Source of the DNA: Calditrichia bacterium
Lineage (GTDB): Bacteria > Calditrichota > Calditrichia > JAJRVZ01
Direction: 5' to 3'
Assembly: GCA_963796965.1 (NCBI GenBank)
Contig: CAWCNS010000005.1
Coordinates: 992,001-1,056,000 of the forward strand
DNA: 64,000 bases
Every line of letters starts with the position of its first letter. The first letter of the stretch is position 1. The position numbers were made by a program, and so were the translations under genes. Below, in pieces: positions 33,719-45,335 of this stretch. The notes beneath the pieces are model-generated. The model did no database searches and was not told where the DNA came from. It saw only the letters and a list, made by a program, of their open reading frames with translations.

Positions 33719-36509
33719 CTAATCCCTAATCCTAATTATTCCCCGCTCCCGCGCTTTTACAACAACACTCACCCGCGAGTGTACATCCCATTTTTGGTAG
33801 ATATTGTAGATATGTTTTTTTATGGTGGTGGGAGAAAGAGACAATTTACCGGCGATCTCTTTGTTTTTTAATCCTTCGGCAAGAAAACTGACAATTTCAA
33901 TCTCGCGCTGTGTCAGATATTCATGTTCCGGAGTCTGGGCAAAAACCTCGTTCTTAATGATTTTTGCCTGCTGATGCTCAGATGCATGGCTTTCTTCCCC
34001 AGATGACTTCCTTTTAAATGCATCAAGCAATTTTTCCAGGTGATATCCGCCACTACCGCGGGATGCCAGGCGTTCCAGCAATTCTACCATCGCAGGTCCG
34101 GATTCTATAAATGGAAAAATGAAGCCGCCAGGCTGCGCCAGGCTTACAGCCTGTTCGATAATTTTGAGTGCCTCTTCTCTCTTACCCTGCCTCTCACAGG
34201 CCATGGCCAGAAGGGGCATAATTTGAATTAACTGGTAGATATTATGATGATCCTCGTTCATTGCTGCATATTCGCGTAGACATTCTTCCGCTTCAACCAG
34301 GATAGTCGGTCGATCCCTCGGCGATCAGGGCCCGGCAGCGGGTGACATACGACACCTCTAACCAAAAGATCGCCACCTCGGGCGTAGGGGGTGTGCTTGT
34401 CTCAAGCCAGTGTATAGCGGATTCCGATCGTCCCTGCAGAAGAGCCAGTCTTGCCTCTGCGGATTCGGCCAGGGCAAAGTATGCCGGATTATCCAGCGAG
34501 ACAACAAACTCCTGAAGTTGTTGCAGTGTGCACTGAGCCTCGTCCCGGTGTTCTGTTATCTCATAGGCCAGCATCAGCCCGATGAATGAGTCCACGGCTG
34601 CCCTGGGATGATGTACGAATCTCTGCTCAATTGAATTTCTCATTAATTCTTCGACTTCTTCCAGCTCATTCCGATAAAGATGGATAAGCCCCTGAAGATA
34701 TGGTGCCCACGCTACCACATGTAAATACCTGCTGTTCGAAACATTATCTCTAAACCGCCGGTTTGATTTCTCAGCTGCTGTCAGATCACCGGAAATGATA
34801 TGCACGAACACATACACGGCCAGAAGACGTGCCTTTCTTAGGCTGTGCGGCGAGTGAATACGAACGACCTGCTCGTCCAGATGGTGAATGGCCTTCTCCT
34901 TCTGTCCTTCCATTTGATTCGCCAGCGCAAACATCGTCTCGGCCTCACAACGCGGCTCGTGGTAGGAAACGGGAAGGTGCTCTAGTGCCTCCCTTAGGCG
35001 TTTCCGGCTGCGGGTACCATCACCCTGAAAGAATGCGACAAACCCTTGAAAGACAGCCACCTCTCCACGCAGAGGTTGATGGACTGAGTTATCATCAAGT
35101 AGCGATTCAACCTGATCCAGGATTGACAGTATGCCTTCGAACTGGAGTCGGCGCAGGAAAACCCAGGCTCGTGCTAAAAGGAGATCAACATGCTGCTGCA
35201 CGACCAAATCAGGCAAGCGCGACAACCACTTCTCGAGAACATACCATTGGTCAGCGCTGAGAGCATTCTGTCTGTGCCGCTCGACCAGTTGTGCCGCCCG
35301 CTCAATATCATCCGCAGCAAGGGCGTGTTCAATCGCTTCCTCAATTAATCCGTTTTTTTCAAACCAATCTGAAGCATTAATATGATCGGTATTATTTTCT
35401 TCATTTGTCTGGAGTTGTTTTAAACGGTTTTGCAGAAGTTCCTGAAAGAGATGGTGATAGCGGAACCAGCGATATTCCAGGTCCAGTGGTATCACGAACA
35501 TGCCCGCTTTCTCCAGCCAGTTCAGGAAGGTCGCGCCATCGTTTATCTCTGCAGGATTTCGGACATCAGTTACAAATAATTCATCTAATAATTCGGCACA
35601 GAAGCGGTTTAAAACAGATGTTTTAAGCAGATTTTTTTGAATGACTGCCGGTTGTTTAGACAAGACCTCTTCAATCAAAAATTCAGATACCGAACGCAGG
35701 GAATCACTATCCATACTTTCCAATAAATCCTGCATATCCTCTTTGCGGTTTATGGAAAGTGCGGCCAGGCGCAATCCGGTAATCCAGCCTTCCGTTTTTT
35801 CTAATAGCGTTTCAGACTCCTGATCAATAAGCGTAAAACCATGCTGTTTTTTGAAGAGCAAAATAATTTCTTCAGATGTAAATGACAATTCCTTCATGCG
35901 CAGTTCGACAACCTGGCTATGTGCCCGCAGGTCATGTAAGGGCAAGGGTGGGTCTCTTCTGGAAAGAATAACCAACTTCATATTCTGCGGTGGATAGCGC
36001 AGGATGGTTTCAATTAATTCATGTATCCGATTTTCTTCTATACGATGGTAATCATCCAATACGAGGATAAAGTCATCCTTGATATCGTCTAATTCATTAA
36101 TTAAAGTTTGAGAGAGTATCGCCAGCGGTGGTAATTCAACAGCTTGCAGTACATCGCCACTTTTTTTAAGCGATTCGGGGAAGTGACGTTTAACTGCAGC
36201 AACCACATAAGAGAGAAAAACACGCAGGTCGTTATCCTTACCATCCAGGGAAACCCAGGCAGCTGGAGATTCGCATCTCTCGATCCATGAACTGATTAGA
36301 ATGCTCTTTCCGTAACCTGCAGGTGCACAGACCAATATGAGGGGATGGTGAGGATTATTCTCCAGATTTTTGAGCAATTCGATTCGCGGAACAAAGTCAA
36401 CCGGCAAAGGAGGTCTGTGCAGTTTTGTCGTTAAAACCGGCGTTTGAATAGGATGATCCATTCCCTCGGCCTGATCTCCGTTTGCTTTATATGTCGTTTT
36501 TTGTTTCAT
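33719..36509 (-). CDS. MalT-like STAND-LuxR regulator 2 (one frameshift near 34290)
   Basis: VLTTKLHRP, APAGYGKS, LVLDDYH, TEGWITGL, WFRYHHLF, TPR-like region, LTQREIEIV..GLKNKEIA. Confidence 0.9.
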
Positions 36510-36801
36510 ATTTGTAGAGGTTCAAGGTTCAGAGTTCAGTCGAGTTGCAGTGAGATTCGGAATGACATAGAGTTAATTCAAGTCCCAATGTCCAAGTCCA
36601 ATGTCATCAATGCCCGATTCCAATTCCCCGATCATTTCCTTTCAGTCAATGATACGGGATCTCCGATTCGCTCCGACCAGCATCGAGGATCGAGGATCCA
36701 GTATCCATTTCACATCCCCCTAACCCCCTTTTAAGGGGAATTAAATCGTGCCAAAAACTTCAATGCTAAACCAATTCCCAATTCCTAATTACCAATGCCA
36801 A

Positions 36802-38100
36802 TCACACAGTTAGTTTCTCCGTGGCCTTTGTGGTTTCTTTTACTTTTTCATATTCCTTCTTGACCGGGATTGGTTTTTCTTTTCGGGGTACGGTATTTAG
36901 AAAAGTGCCGTAATTTTTCAATTCCTCTAAGCGGCATGACCAGACCAATTTATCTTCATGAACGGTAATATCGGGACAGCCGTCACACATACTTTGCCGG
37001 CCATCCTGCATAAAATCTACCGGCTGAATAAACATGATACTTTGCATATAGAGCGGTTTAAATATGCGAAAAGGATTTTTTAACAGCGCTATCAGATACC
37101 GTCCGGTAATTTTTCGCAGGCCTTTATCAAATGGCCATAAAAGAAAAGCAGCAGACCGGCCTGTCTTGAGTATTTGTGGAGAGGCATAGGATAAATATTT
37201 ATCTTTGGCAAAATGATAGACCGACATCATCAACTCAAGAAATTTTCCACCCACATAGCCGTATATTTTATCCTTAGTGCCGATCCTTTCGGTCAGCAGC
37301 CATTTATAGGCTTCCGGATCTTCCGTACCATTAAGAAATGCAGCCGGTTCAAAATCCGGAAAATGGTCTTTGGCGATCTTGACCAGATCGGTTGATTTGA
37401 TATCCACTTTACGATCTTCATCGGAATGGTACATGATTGTATCCCATTCCACCTTTTCACCCCCGGCATACCAGTCATAGGGTAATTGGGGAATGATATG
37501 GCGGAAACATATAAATACCATGGTATGTACGATATCGATATGTTTCTGTGCCCAGGCAATCATCTCGGGCACATAATGAATATTTTCCTGGTAAACCGTT
37601 GAATTAAACGAACAGGCTATATTTTTATGCACAGCGAGCATTTCGGCATAATGAAGCCGAAGGTCGTTGAGTTCTAATTCAGTTTTTCCGGCCCATTCAC
37701 CGGGTCTTCCCTGGTTACTATCAATATGAAAGGTAAATCCAAAGACACCTGCTGTATGTAAGTCTTTGAGTAATTCCTTTGTAAGGGCCAGACCATTGGT
37801 ATTAATGATCGGCTTTAGCCCTCTCCTTTTAATTTCAGCAACTAAGGGGATGATTTCCGGATATAATAGCGGATCTCCACCGGCGATGGAAATACAATCT
37901 GATTTTCGAAGTTTCTGAAAAACATCCAATTCGTGTAATACGTCTTCATAACTTTTATGTGAACTTTTTTCATTTTCACGATAACAACCATCACAGGCCA
38001 GATTACATTCTGCCGTTGGCTCTAACCAGGAGATGCCATTATCCGGCAATGTCCAGGGTAGACGATATAACTGATTGTGATCAACAACTTTGGTACTCAT
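36802..38100 (-). CDS. Radical SAM protein of unknown function
   Basis: CNLACDGC (CxxxCxxC), AGGDPL, NTNG; additional C-terminal cysteines MCDGCPD..SCR. Confidence 0.85.
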   Translation of the reverse strand: MSTKVVDHNQLYRLPWTLPDNGISWLEPTAECNLACDGCYRENEKSSHKSYEDVLHELDVFQKLRKSDCISIAGGDPLLYPEIIPLVAEIKRRGLKPIINTNGLALTKELLKDLHTAGVFGFTFHIDSNQGRPGEWAGKTELELNDLRLHYAEMLAVHKNIACSFNSTVYQENIHYVPEMIAWAQKHIDIVHTMVFICFRHIIPQLPYDWYAGGEKVEWDTIMYHSDEDRKVDIKSTDLVKIAKDHFPDFEPAAFLNGTEDPEAYKWLLTERIGTKDKIYGYVGGKFLELMMSVYHFAKDKYLSYASPQILKTGRSAAFLLWPFDKGLRKITGRYLIALLKNPFRIFKPLYMQSIMFIQPVDFMQDGRQSMCDGCPDITVHEDKLVWSCRLEELKNYGTFLNTVPRKEKPIPVKKEYEKVKETTKATEKLTV

Positions 38101-38470
38101 TTTAAAACTCTCCTTTTAATTATTTTGTCATCCTGTCCCGATTTATCGGGATCCGCTTGTTCAAATCCCAATGTCCAAGCCCAAATGCCAAATCAATGCC
38201 CAATTCCCAATTCCGAATTCCCAATCCCATATCGCACCTCGAGGATCGAGGACCGAGTTTCAATATCCTCCATTTAACATCGACTCGATTTCGCCCTTTC
38301 AGGGCGTTTAGAAATGAGCAACATTAACGACTTGTTACTTGGAAATTCCTTGTTGGATATTGGATCTTCATCTTCCATGCCAGATACCGAATCCCAGACT
38401 CGGGATATGCAACCTATTTTTCGTTCGATGGGCGATCCACCGGATCGCCCCTACAGCGGGAAAACCTTGC

Positions 38471-39586
38471 TTAAAACGCCTCCTCGATACCGAAATAGAT
38501 CCCGCTGGTATCTTTACCCAAGCCAAGATCAACACGCAGATTTATTTTCTCTTCCTCATTAAACAAAAACCGTAATCCGAGTCCATAAGACGGCTTGAAA
38601 TACTTGGATTGAAATTTTGTAATGTCCGAAGCTACATCGCCAAGACCGGCAAAAACGGCAAATCCAAATCGCCACCAAAAATACTGGCGGTATTCCAACT
38701 GAGCAGCCAGGTAGGCTCTGTCCCGGTATCTCCCTTCAAAATAACCACGCATGATTTCGCCCCCACCCAGAGCCGGTAATTTGTAAAAGGGCGTTTCTCC
38801 CCAGGTGTTCATAAAATACCCCTGAAAACCGAGCACATGGTCCGGGGCAAAGGACCAGAAATGGCGGGTGTCAACCGAATAGGTAGTAAATGTATAGTCA
38901 CTACCGATATCCTTACTGTAGACAATCATTTCCGCCTCCGTATATCCACCCTCATTGGGGAAAAATACATTGTCGCGGTTATCCCAGATCCAGACCATGC
39001 CCAGACCCGAAACCGGTCCTCCTTCTTTTCCGGGGAAGGGAATATCTGAATTCAGGTAGGGATTTTCTTTCGTCTCTACAATAGTATAGTCCCTGTATTC
39101 AAAGACAAGCCCGGTACGCGTGGCAATGAATATGGTCGGCGGCATCTGAAAATTCAGTTTCCGCCAAAATTATCAATAAAATAAGACTCATTGTCCGAGA
39201 TCCGGTGTATTGTTACCAACACCAAAAAACTTATCAAATTCGTGAACGAATCTTAATTCAATATCCGAAGCAATCGTGTTCTTACTGAAATATAGTGAAG
39301 ATTTTATCAGCATCTGATAGGCTTTAACCGTCGAATACCATCCTGAAAATGTTACTTTAGAAGGATTCAGAATGGGATCTTTATCTGTATAAAACGTCAT
39401 CACACCACCGCCACCAAAAGCAAATTCTGTTTCCGGTGAATAAAAGGCAAAGGGGTAACCGTTAAAGTGAAGACCATAATCTTTCTTCGTACTATCGGCA
39501 CTCTCCTGGGCAAAGGCCTGCGCCGCAAGAAGTGCTATAATCAGAATAAAAAAATAAATCCTGGTGTATATTGAAAATTTTTTCAT
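38471..39586 (-). CDS. BamA/TamA (Omp85)-like outer-membrane protein (frameshifted)
   Basis: YSPETEFAFG, WDNRDN, MRGYFEGRYRD, GLGLRF, NLRVD, terminal EAF. Confidence 0.8.
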
Positions 39587-39861
39587 TTTTTTTTCCCTCC
39601 CTTTGTGTATAATTTTTGTTTATTCAAATCATTCATTTTTATTTCATCCAGCATCTACCTTACAATCTTCCTACCCCCTTTTGAGACTGTCAGTCTCGAC
39701 AAGCAGGAAGATTCCTATCCCGAGACGGGATCCCGTTATCCGGGATGCTCTGTCAAATCTTGCAATCAAATCCCGCCAAAAACATGTCACCAATGACAAA
39801 CTATATATCTTTTTATCCGAAATGCAACTGCCCAATTTCATGCAATTCCAAATTCCATCCC

Positions 39862-39945
39862 ACATCTGGTATCTCGTATCACAGTATCCGAATTCGCATC
39901 TCACATCTCGTATCCCGTATCACGGTATCTCACATCTCATATCTA
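39862..39945. repeat. Degenerate 7-mer tandem array (ATCTCRY)
   Basis: atctggt atctcgt atcacag..atctcac atctcgt atcccgt atcacgg..atctcac atctcat. Confidence 0.6.
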
Positions 39946-39954
39946 CAGCTCGAT

Positions 39955-40547
39955 TTACAAATGCCAGTTAAGCGCAACACCATATTCCATGCCGGTGATA
40001 TTGTAGGGCAGGCTCGGTTCCAGCACATGGCTGTTATATTTTGCCTGGCCTTCAATTTCCAGCTGACTGAATAATAATATACCAAGCCCTATTCCAACCT
40101 GAAAATGAAATTGTGTTCGATGTTTCATCAACGTCTCCTCATCCTTTCGTATAGTTCTGGCTGATACAATATTAATGCCACTCATGGCCAGTAAAAAGGG
40201 ACGAAAACGATCGGCAACGATATAATAGCGACCGCCAACAGCAAGCGGTACAATCGATAAATTTAGGGTCATCCCCCAATTCCATCCTCTTCGTTATGTT
40301 GAAAACTTATATAACCGGTCTCAAATACCAGGGCCCATTGATTGGAATAGAGCGTTGCATAACCTGCATAGATTCCGGATCCTTTATCCCATGATTCTTT
40401 AAATTCACCGATACTGTTGATCGAGGCTCCCTGCAGAGTGATAAAAGCCTGGTTTGTTAAATCCGTACTTACCATATCTGTTGTCACCTGGGCCGGTACT
40501 GATGTCACGACCATCAAACAAAACATGCATATTGAAATGATTTTCAT
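39955..40547 (-). CDS. Small outer-membrane beta-barrel protein (frameshift near 40270)
   Basis: Signal peptide, alternating strands IVPLAVGGRYY and FQVGIGLG, aromatic residues near the C-terminus. Confidence 0.6.
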
Positions 40548-40775
40548 TTTATATTCCTCCGAGATTATAATTTTTGGAGTAATGGAGTATTGGAGTATTG
40601 GAAAAACATTTGTTGCTTATCCTTAGATTTTTTCACTTTCATTACGCCATTACTCCATTACTCCAGTTCTCTCAACTTTGAACTTTAAACTTTGAACTTT
40701 GAAACTTTAAACCTTATCAAACTCGCCTTAAACCTTTGTTAAGGGGGAACAGATTTTTTAACGGGGAACCTTAAC

Positions 40776-42201
40776 CTAAAACGCATACCCAAGAAACAAC
40801 CGCGATTCATTATTCCGGTAGTCACGGTCGGGAAACTCATCATATTTGCCAACACGATGATAGAGCAAATATTCGAGTCCGACAAACAGCTTTTTGTACA
40901 AGCGAATTCGCAGTTTTGGATTCCACATGCCGATCAATTCATCGCCGGGAGCGCCATCCCAGGTATGGATCCACCAGAAACTATAGCCCAGGTAAAGTGA
41001 TCCGAAAGGAAAGCGCAGAAAGGCTTCCATTTTAGCATGGGCCCCAGGCCCCATGTTATAGGTCCTTGCTGAATCAAGAAAAGAGACTTTATATTCACTC
41101 GAATAATCGGAATTGGCCCCACCCATGAGCAACAAGGCGCCATGTAGCAGACCGATAAACTGAACGCTTTTCTGGTGCGGGGTGCGATAGCCAATCCCAG
41201 GGCCGACACTGGTTCCCCCGACCTGATAGACGTTGTTCTCCAGGTAATCGAAATGATTAAAAATACCCCAGAGAAATTTTGAATTTTCACCGACTGTAGA
41301 ATTTTTACCATATAACATCGCATAAATTCGGAACTGGCCGATGGGTGGCTGCTCACCGGCAAAATTCACTAACATGTTAAAACGGAAGAAATCGAATGGT
41401 TTAAATTTTCTCATCTCGAACAAACGACCATAACCAAAATCCATGGTAAAGATGCCGTTTTGTTTCCCATTCTTCATATCGGTCACCCTCGCCCACATTA
41501 CTGGCGCCAAGTCCCAATTCCCCGAAGAAGACCCGTTTTTCATATACTTTTTCCGTCGTCCGGCGTGCCGTCCGGCCATAGACCAACCTGTTGAACAGAC
41601 GTCCGGGATTAAAAATACCGGCGCCAAGTTCATTCCAGAAACGCGGCCAACCGTAAAGACTTTCATCGAGGATCAAATTTGATAAGCGGTAAAACGTTTC
41701 ACCCAACATCGATCCGCCCACCGAAGTCATGATCCAGTCATTTAAGGCCGGCGGTTCATTTTCCATAAAAAACTCCCATTGCCAGCTACCTAACGCAGCA
41801 ATGCCCATGGAAGTCCAATAATTATACCCGCTGGTTCGGGCGAAATTATAATACATCGCACCATGAAAGGGATGGGCCCACATATTGGTAAGTAAACCAT
41901 CGGCATCGGTCGACCAGCCCCGCTCTAAATTATGCTCGACAGTCTTAAAACTGATCTTGGCGAATTCTGATCCACCCACATAGGTATTAAAAGCGCCCAG
42001 GGCTAAATTGAGGCCTATGGCCTCCAGGGCGGGAAGCCAGAGTGGTTTCTGCGGATTCAGGCGGTTAACCAGCGCTTCATCCGGTATATAATCCCGGCTT
42101 GTAACAAGCGCTGTGTCATAGCCGGTTGAATAAAGTGTTTGCGCATTGCTGAGGGGAGCCAGACACACGATCAGCAGCGTCATGATGATAATTTTTTTCA
42201 T
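40776..42201 (-). CDS. DUF3943-like outer-membrane protein (frameshift near 41470)
   Basis: NMWAHPFHGAMYYNFARTSG, SWQWEFFMENEPPALND, LGETFYRLS; ends in LGYAF. Confidence 0.75.
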
Positions 42202-42225
42202 TTTTTTTCTCCTTTATTATAGTTC

Positions 42226-44019
42226 GTAGTGTCAAAAGTTTTTAACTTTTTAATGATTTAACTCTCTTATTTTTATATATTTATGCATAAATGATTTTGT
42301 CTCCCCCTATAATGGGTTGATTTTTATCGTTATTTCACCAGAGGAAAATGCTTATGACAAAAGTTCAACGTTTTGTTATTTGGATCTGTAAGCACTTTAA
42401 TCGCGAGCAAATACTCAATATTGTTGATGAACTTATCCAAGTGCTTAATGATAAAAACCCTGATCTTAAACCCAAAGATGATTTCAAAGATCAACATCCT
42501 AATTACCGTAAATTTAGTTCTGATCCTTTAGCGCCCCTTGACGCTGCTGATATTGTAAAGCCAAAAAAAACTTAAATTACAAAATTCTTATTGATGACTA
42601 TGAGTCCAGGCATGGCAAACCTCTTAAACCTGTAAATGTAAGAACTTCTAATAATCGAGTACCCAGAAGAACAAAATGTCCTCATTGTTCTGCTCCACAT
42701 CAGTACATCTATTTCAATGATGGAAAAAAACGTTCACAACTCAAATGCAAAGTATGTTTAGATGTCTTTCAACTTGATATCCGATTCCGCAAGCCCGTTA
42801 AATACTTTTGCCCTTATTGCATGAAGGCTCTATTCACCTGGAAAGAATACGATGAAGTCACTATTTATAAATGCCATAACCATAATTGCTCACACCGCAT
42901 AGAAAAATTAAGCACACTTAATAACGATGAGAAAAAACTCAGAAAAAAGCGATCGTCTCAGTTTAAAATAAATTATCAGTATCGTGATTATCATTATTCA
43001 CCGGGTGATTTAAAAGTTACCGGGCCGGCTAAACCCAAAGTCGATTTAAATCGTATTCATAATGATAAAAATATCTTTGCACTCATTCTCACCTTACATA
43101 TCTCATATGCCATTACTGCCCGTAAAACAGCACATATGTTACGTAACATATGGAATATTTCGATTTCTCATCAGACTGTTTTGAACTATGTTCAGACTGC
43201 TGCTTATTACTGCCATATATTCAATCTTAAAAACAAAGGTGAAATAGACGATATCAATGCCGGTGATGAAACCTATGTTAAGGTTAAAGGAGCATGGCAT
43301 TACGCATGGCTTTTTATCGGCTCGGTTTCCAGAAAAATTTGCGCCTATCACTTCTCTGACAATCGTGGGGCTAAAGCCGCCATCATCACCATGCTGGAAA
43401 CAGTCCGTACGGCAAAAGAAAAACAGGATATTACTTTAGTTACCGATGGCAATCCATCATATCATGGCCGGAATCCATTTCATCAATAAACTAAAAGATG
43501 AACTCAAACTCACGCTTAAAAAGGTCATCGGTTTACAAAACATGGATGAACGAATCCGAAGAGTACAGACCTTACAAACAAATGATAGAACGCCTTAACC
43601 GAACCTACAAATATCATATGCAGGCACAAAATGGTTTTGCAAATGTAAATGGCGCTGTTGCTAAACTGGTCCTTTTCGTTACACATTACAATTTTTTAAG
43701 ACCACATATCGCTCTTGAATTATAAAACACCCATACAAATACCTGAACTACGCAAGATTGATTCTCTGCCTGGTAAATGGGTGAAAATAATTTCTCTGGC
43801 CGCCTAAAACTATATTATTTCAAAGATCGTGTTTCTATTTATATTTTTTATCTTCTGTGTAAAACTATAGCCTTTTTGTCGTAATCAAGAAGAAATATGA
43901 TCTCCAAGTTCGTGGATGCCGGTACAACTTCTTATCAACGACAATTAAATTTCCCGATCTTCATCTACAATTAGATCAAATTTTAGTTTTTCATTTTTTC
44001 ATAGAACTTTTGACACTAC
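42226..44019 (+). mobile_element. IS6-like insertion sequence with a Zn-finger DDE transposase
   Basis: 15-bp terminal inverted repeats GTAGTGTCAAAAGTT (42226-42240, 44005-44019); the transposase has CPHC/CKVC/CPYC, GDETYVKVKG, VTDGNPSY and IERLNRTYK. No clean target duplication. Confidence 0.85.
42348..43807 (+). CDS. DDE transposase (split: 42348-42575, a -1 frame open from 42563 to 43489, then further frameshifts)
   Basis: The frame after the A8 run is open through ATG 42821; the catalytic D, D and E motifs lie in successive fragments. Confidence 0.75.
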
Positions 44020-44034
44020 CTTAAAGGATGTTGT

Positions 44035-44155
44035 TACTCGTCGCTCGGTACTCGGTGCTCGGTACTTGGCTCTCGGCTCTCGATTCTCGGTGAAGGTTAT
44101 CAATCATCAGGAACGAGTTACATGAAACGAGAAACCAGAACGTGCCGAGCACCCA
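44035..44155. repeat. 7-mer inverted-array hairpin (CTCGGTN)n..(NACCGAG)n
   Basis: A second copy at 45217-45327 shares the core GTTATCAAT..GAACGAGTTAC. Confidence 0.75.
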
Positions 44156-44169
44156 GATTATTTTTACTA

Positions 44170-45198
44170 CTACGGTATCGGCGCTATCTTTTTGGCTGCG
44201 CTGAGCATCATACCAAGAAGATCGATTTGAGCCGGATCGGTTACCCCTTTACCCAGGGCATTATGTGCCCTGGACCATAAGAGAACGGAATTTCTGGCAT
44301 CCCGAAGGGCTTTGTTGTAGGCGGTATGTACGGCTTGTAACTCCTCAATACCCATATAATACGATTCTATATCCGCCTTAAATTGTTTTCTCATTTCACC
44401 AACCGTACCAAGTTTATAAATAAGGCGTGATTCTAATTCCATTATATCTGCAGAAGTCGCTTTTTTGCCCGGAACTACAACTTCCCTCAATTGGGGGTCA
44501 ATAATAAAGACAGAATCTATGGCCATACTTTGACCGGTTCTGTATTGTTTCAGGTGATAAAGAGCCTGAATCGATCGTATCTGTGATTCCTGCATTTCAT
44601 TATCTGCCCAGAGTACCGGCTGATATTCATTCTGCCATTGTTGACTGACCTCAGCGTTAGCGGCATCCAGGTACATCTTTGCCTCATCAGCCAGATCGCC
44701 CATTTCAGATGCAACTTCATCAATAACCGGCTGGGCAGCAGAGAGAGCATCCAGTAAATTTTTTTGTTTTCGTACATTGTTAATAATCTGGTCCATTTGT
44801 TTCTGGGTCAGATTCAATATCGGCTCCGGCGTGTCGAGTACCGGGCGTGTGATACCCTGCAAATAATCCGCTAATCCGGCCGCTTTATCCTTGTCGGAAA
44901 TATTGGATTCGCCTAAGGTAACAATCTGGATAGAATAGGAGATGGTACTTCTGATGATATTTCGAATTTTATTCTTGCGAATCTTAAACGCTTCTGTGGC
45001 CGGTCCGGGTTTAAGAAACGTCTTCAGACGTGAGGCCTGGTGTTGCAGCAGGCTGTACTGGATGTCGCCGGCGACGGATATCATGCTGTTGGCAAAGGGG
45101 CTCAGATCCAGCCGCTTGGATGCCATGAACATACTACAACCAAATACCATTGTGCTGAATGCCACAACTAAAAAAAGTTTAATAATTTTGTTTATCAT
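44170..45198 (-). CDS. Hypothetical helical lipoprotein
   Basis: Lipobox VFG-C; long amphipathic helical sequence; GGAGG RBS. Confidence 0.7.
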   Translation of the reverse strand: MINKIIKLFLVVAFSTMVFGCSMFMASKRLDLSPFANSMISVAGDIQYSLLQHQASRLKTFLKPGPATEAFKIRKNKIRNIIRSTISYSIQIVTLGESNISDKDKAAGLADYLQGITRPVLDTPEPILNLTQKQMDQIINNVRKQKNLLDALSAAQPVIDEVASEMGDLADEAKMYLDAANAEVSQQWQNEYQPVLWADNEMQESQIRSIQALYHLKQYRTGQSMAIDSVFIIDPQLREVVVPGKKATSADIMELESRLIYKLGTVGEMRKQFKADIESYYMGIEELQAVHTAYNKALRDARNSVLLWSRAHNALGKGVTDPAQIDLLGMMLSAAKKIAPIP

Positions 45199-45335
45199 AT
45201 TACCTCCCATGGTTTATTCTCGGTTCTCGGTACTCGGTATCGGTCTTGGTACTCGGTTCTCGCCGAAAGTTATCAATACTTATGAACGAGTTACGAGAAA
45301 CCAGAACCGAGAAACGAGTACCGAGCCCCTTTTCC

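Noticed and set aside
36802..38100. Anaerobic sulfatase maturase (anSME)
   Set aside because: It lacks the cysteine-rich SPASM pattern and N-terminal motif expected for anSME and is not adjacent to the sulfatases.
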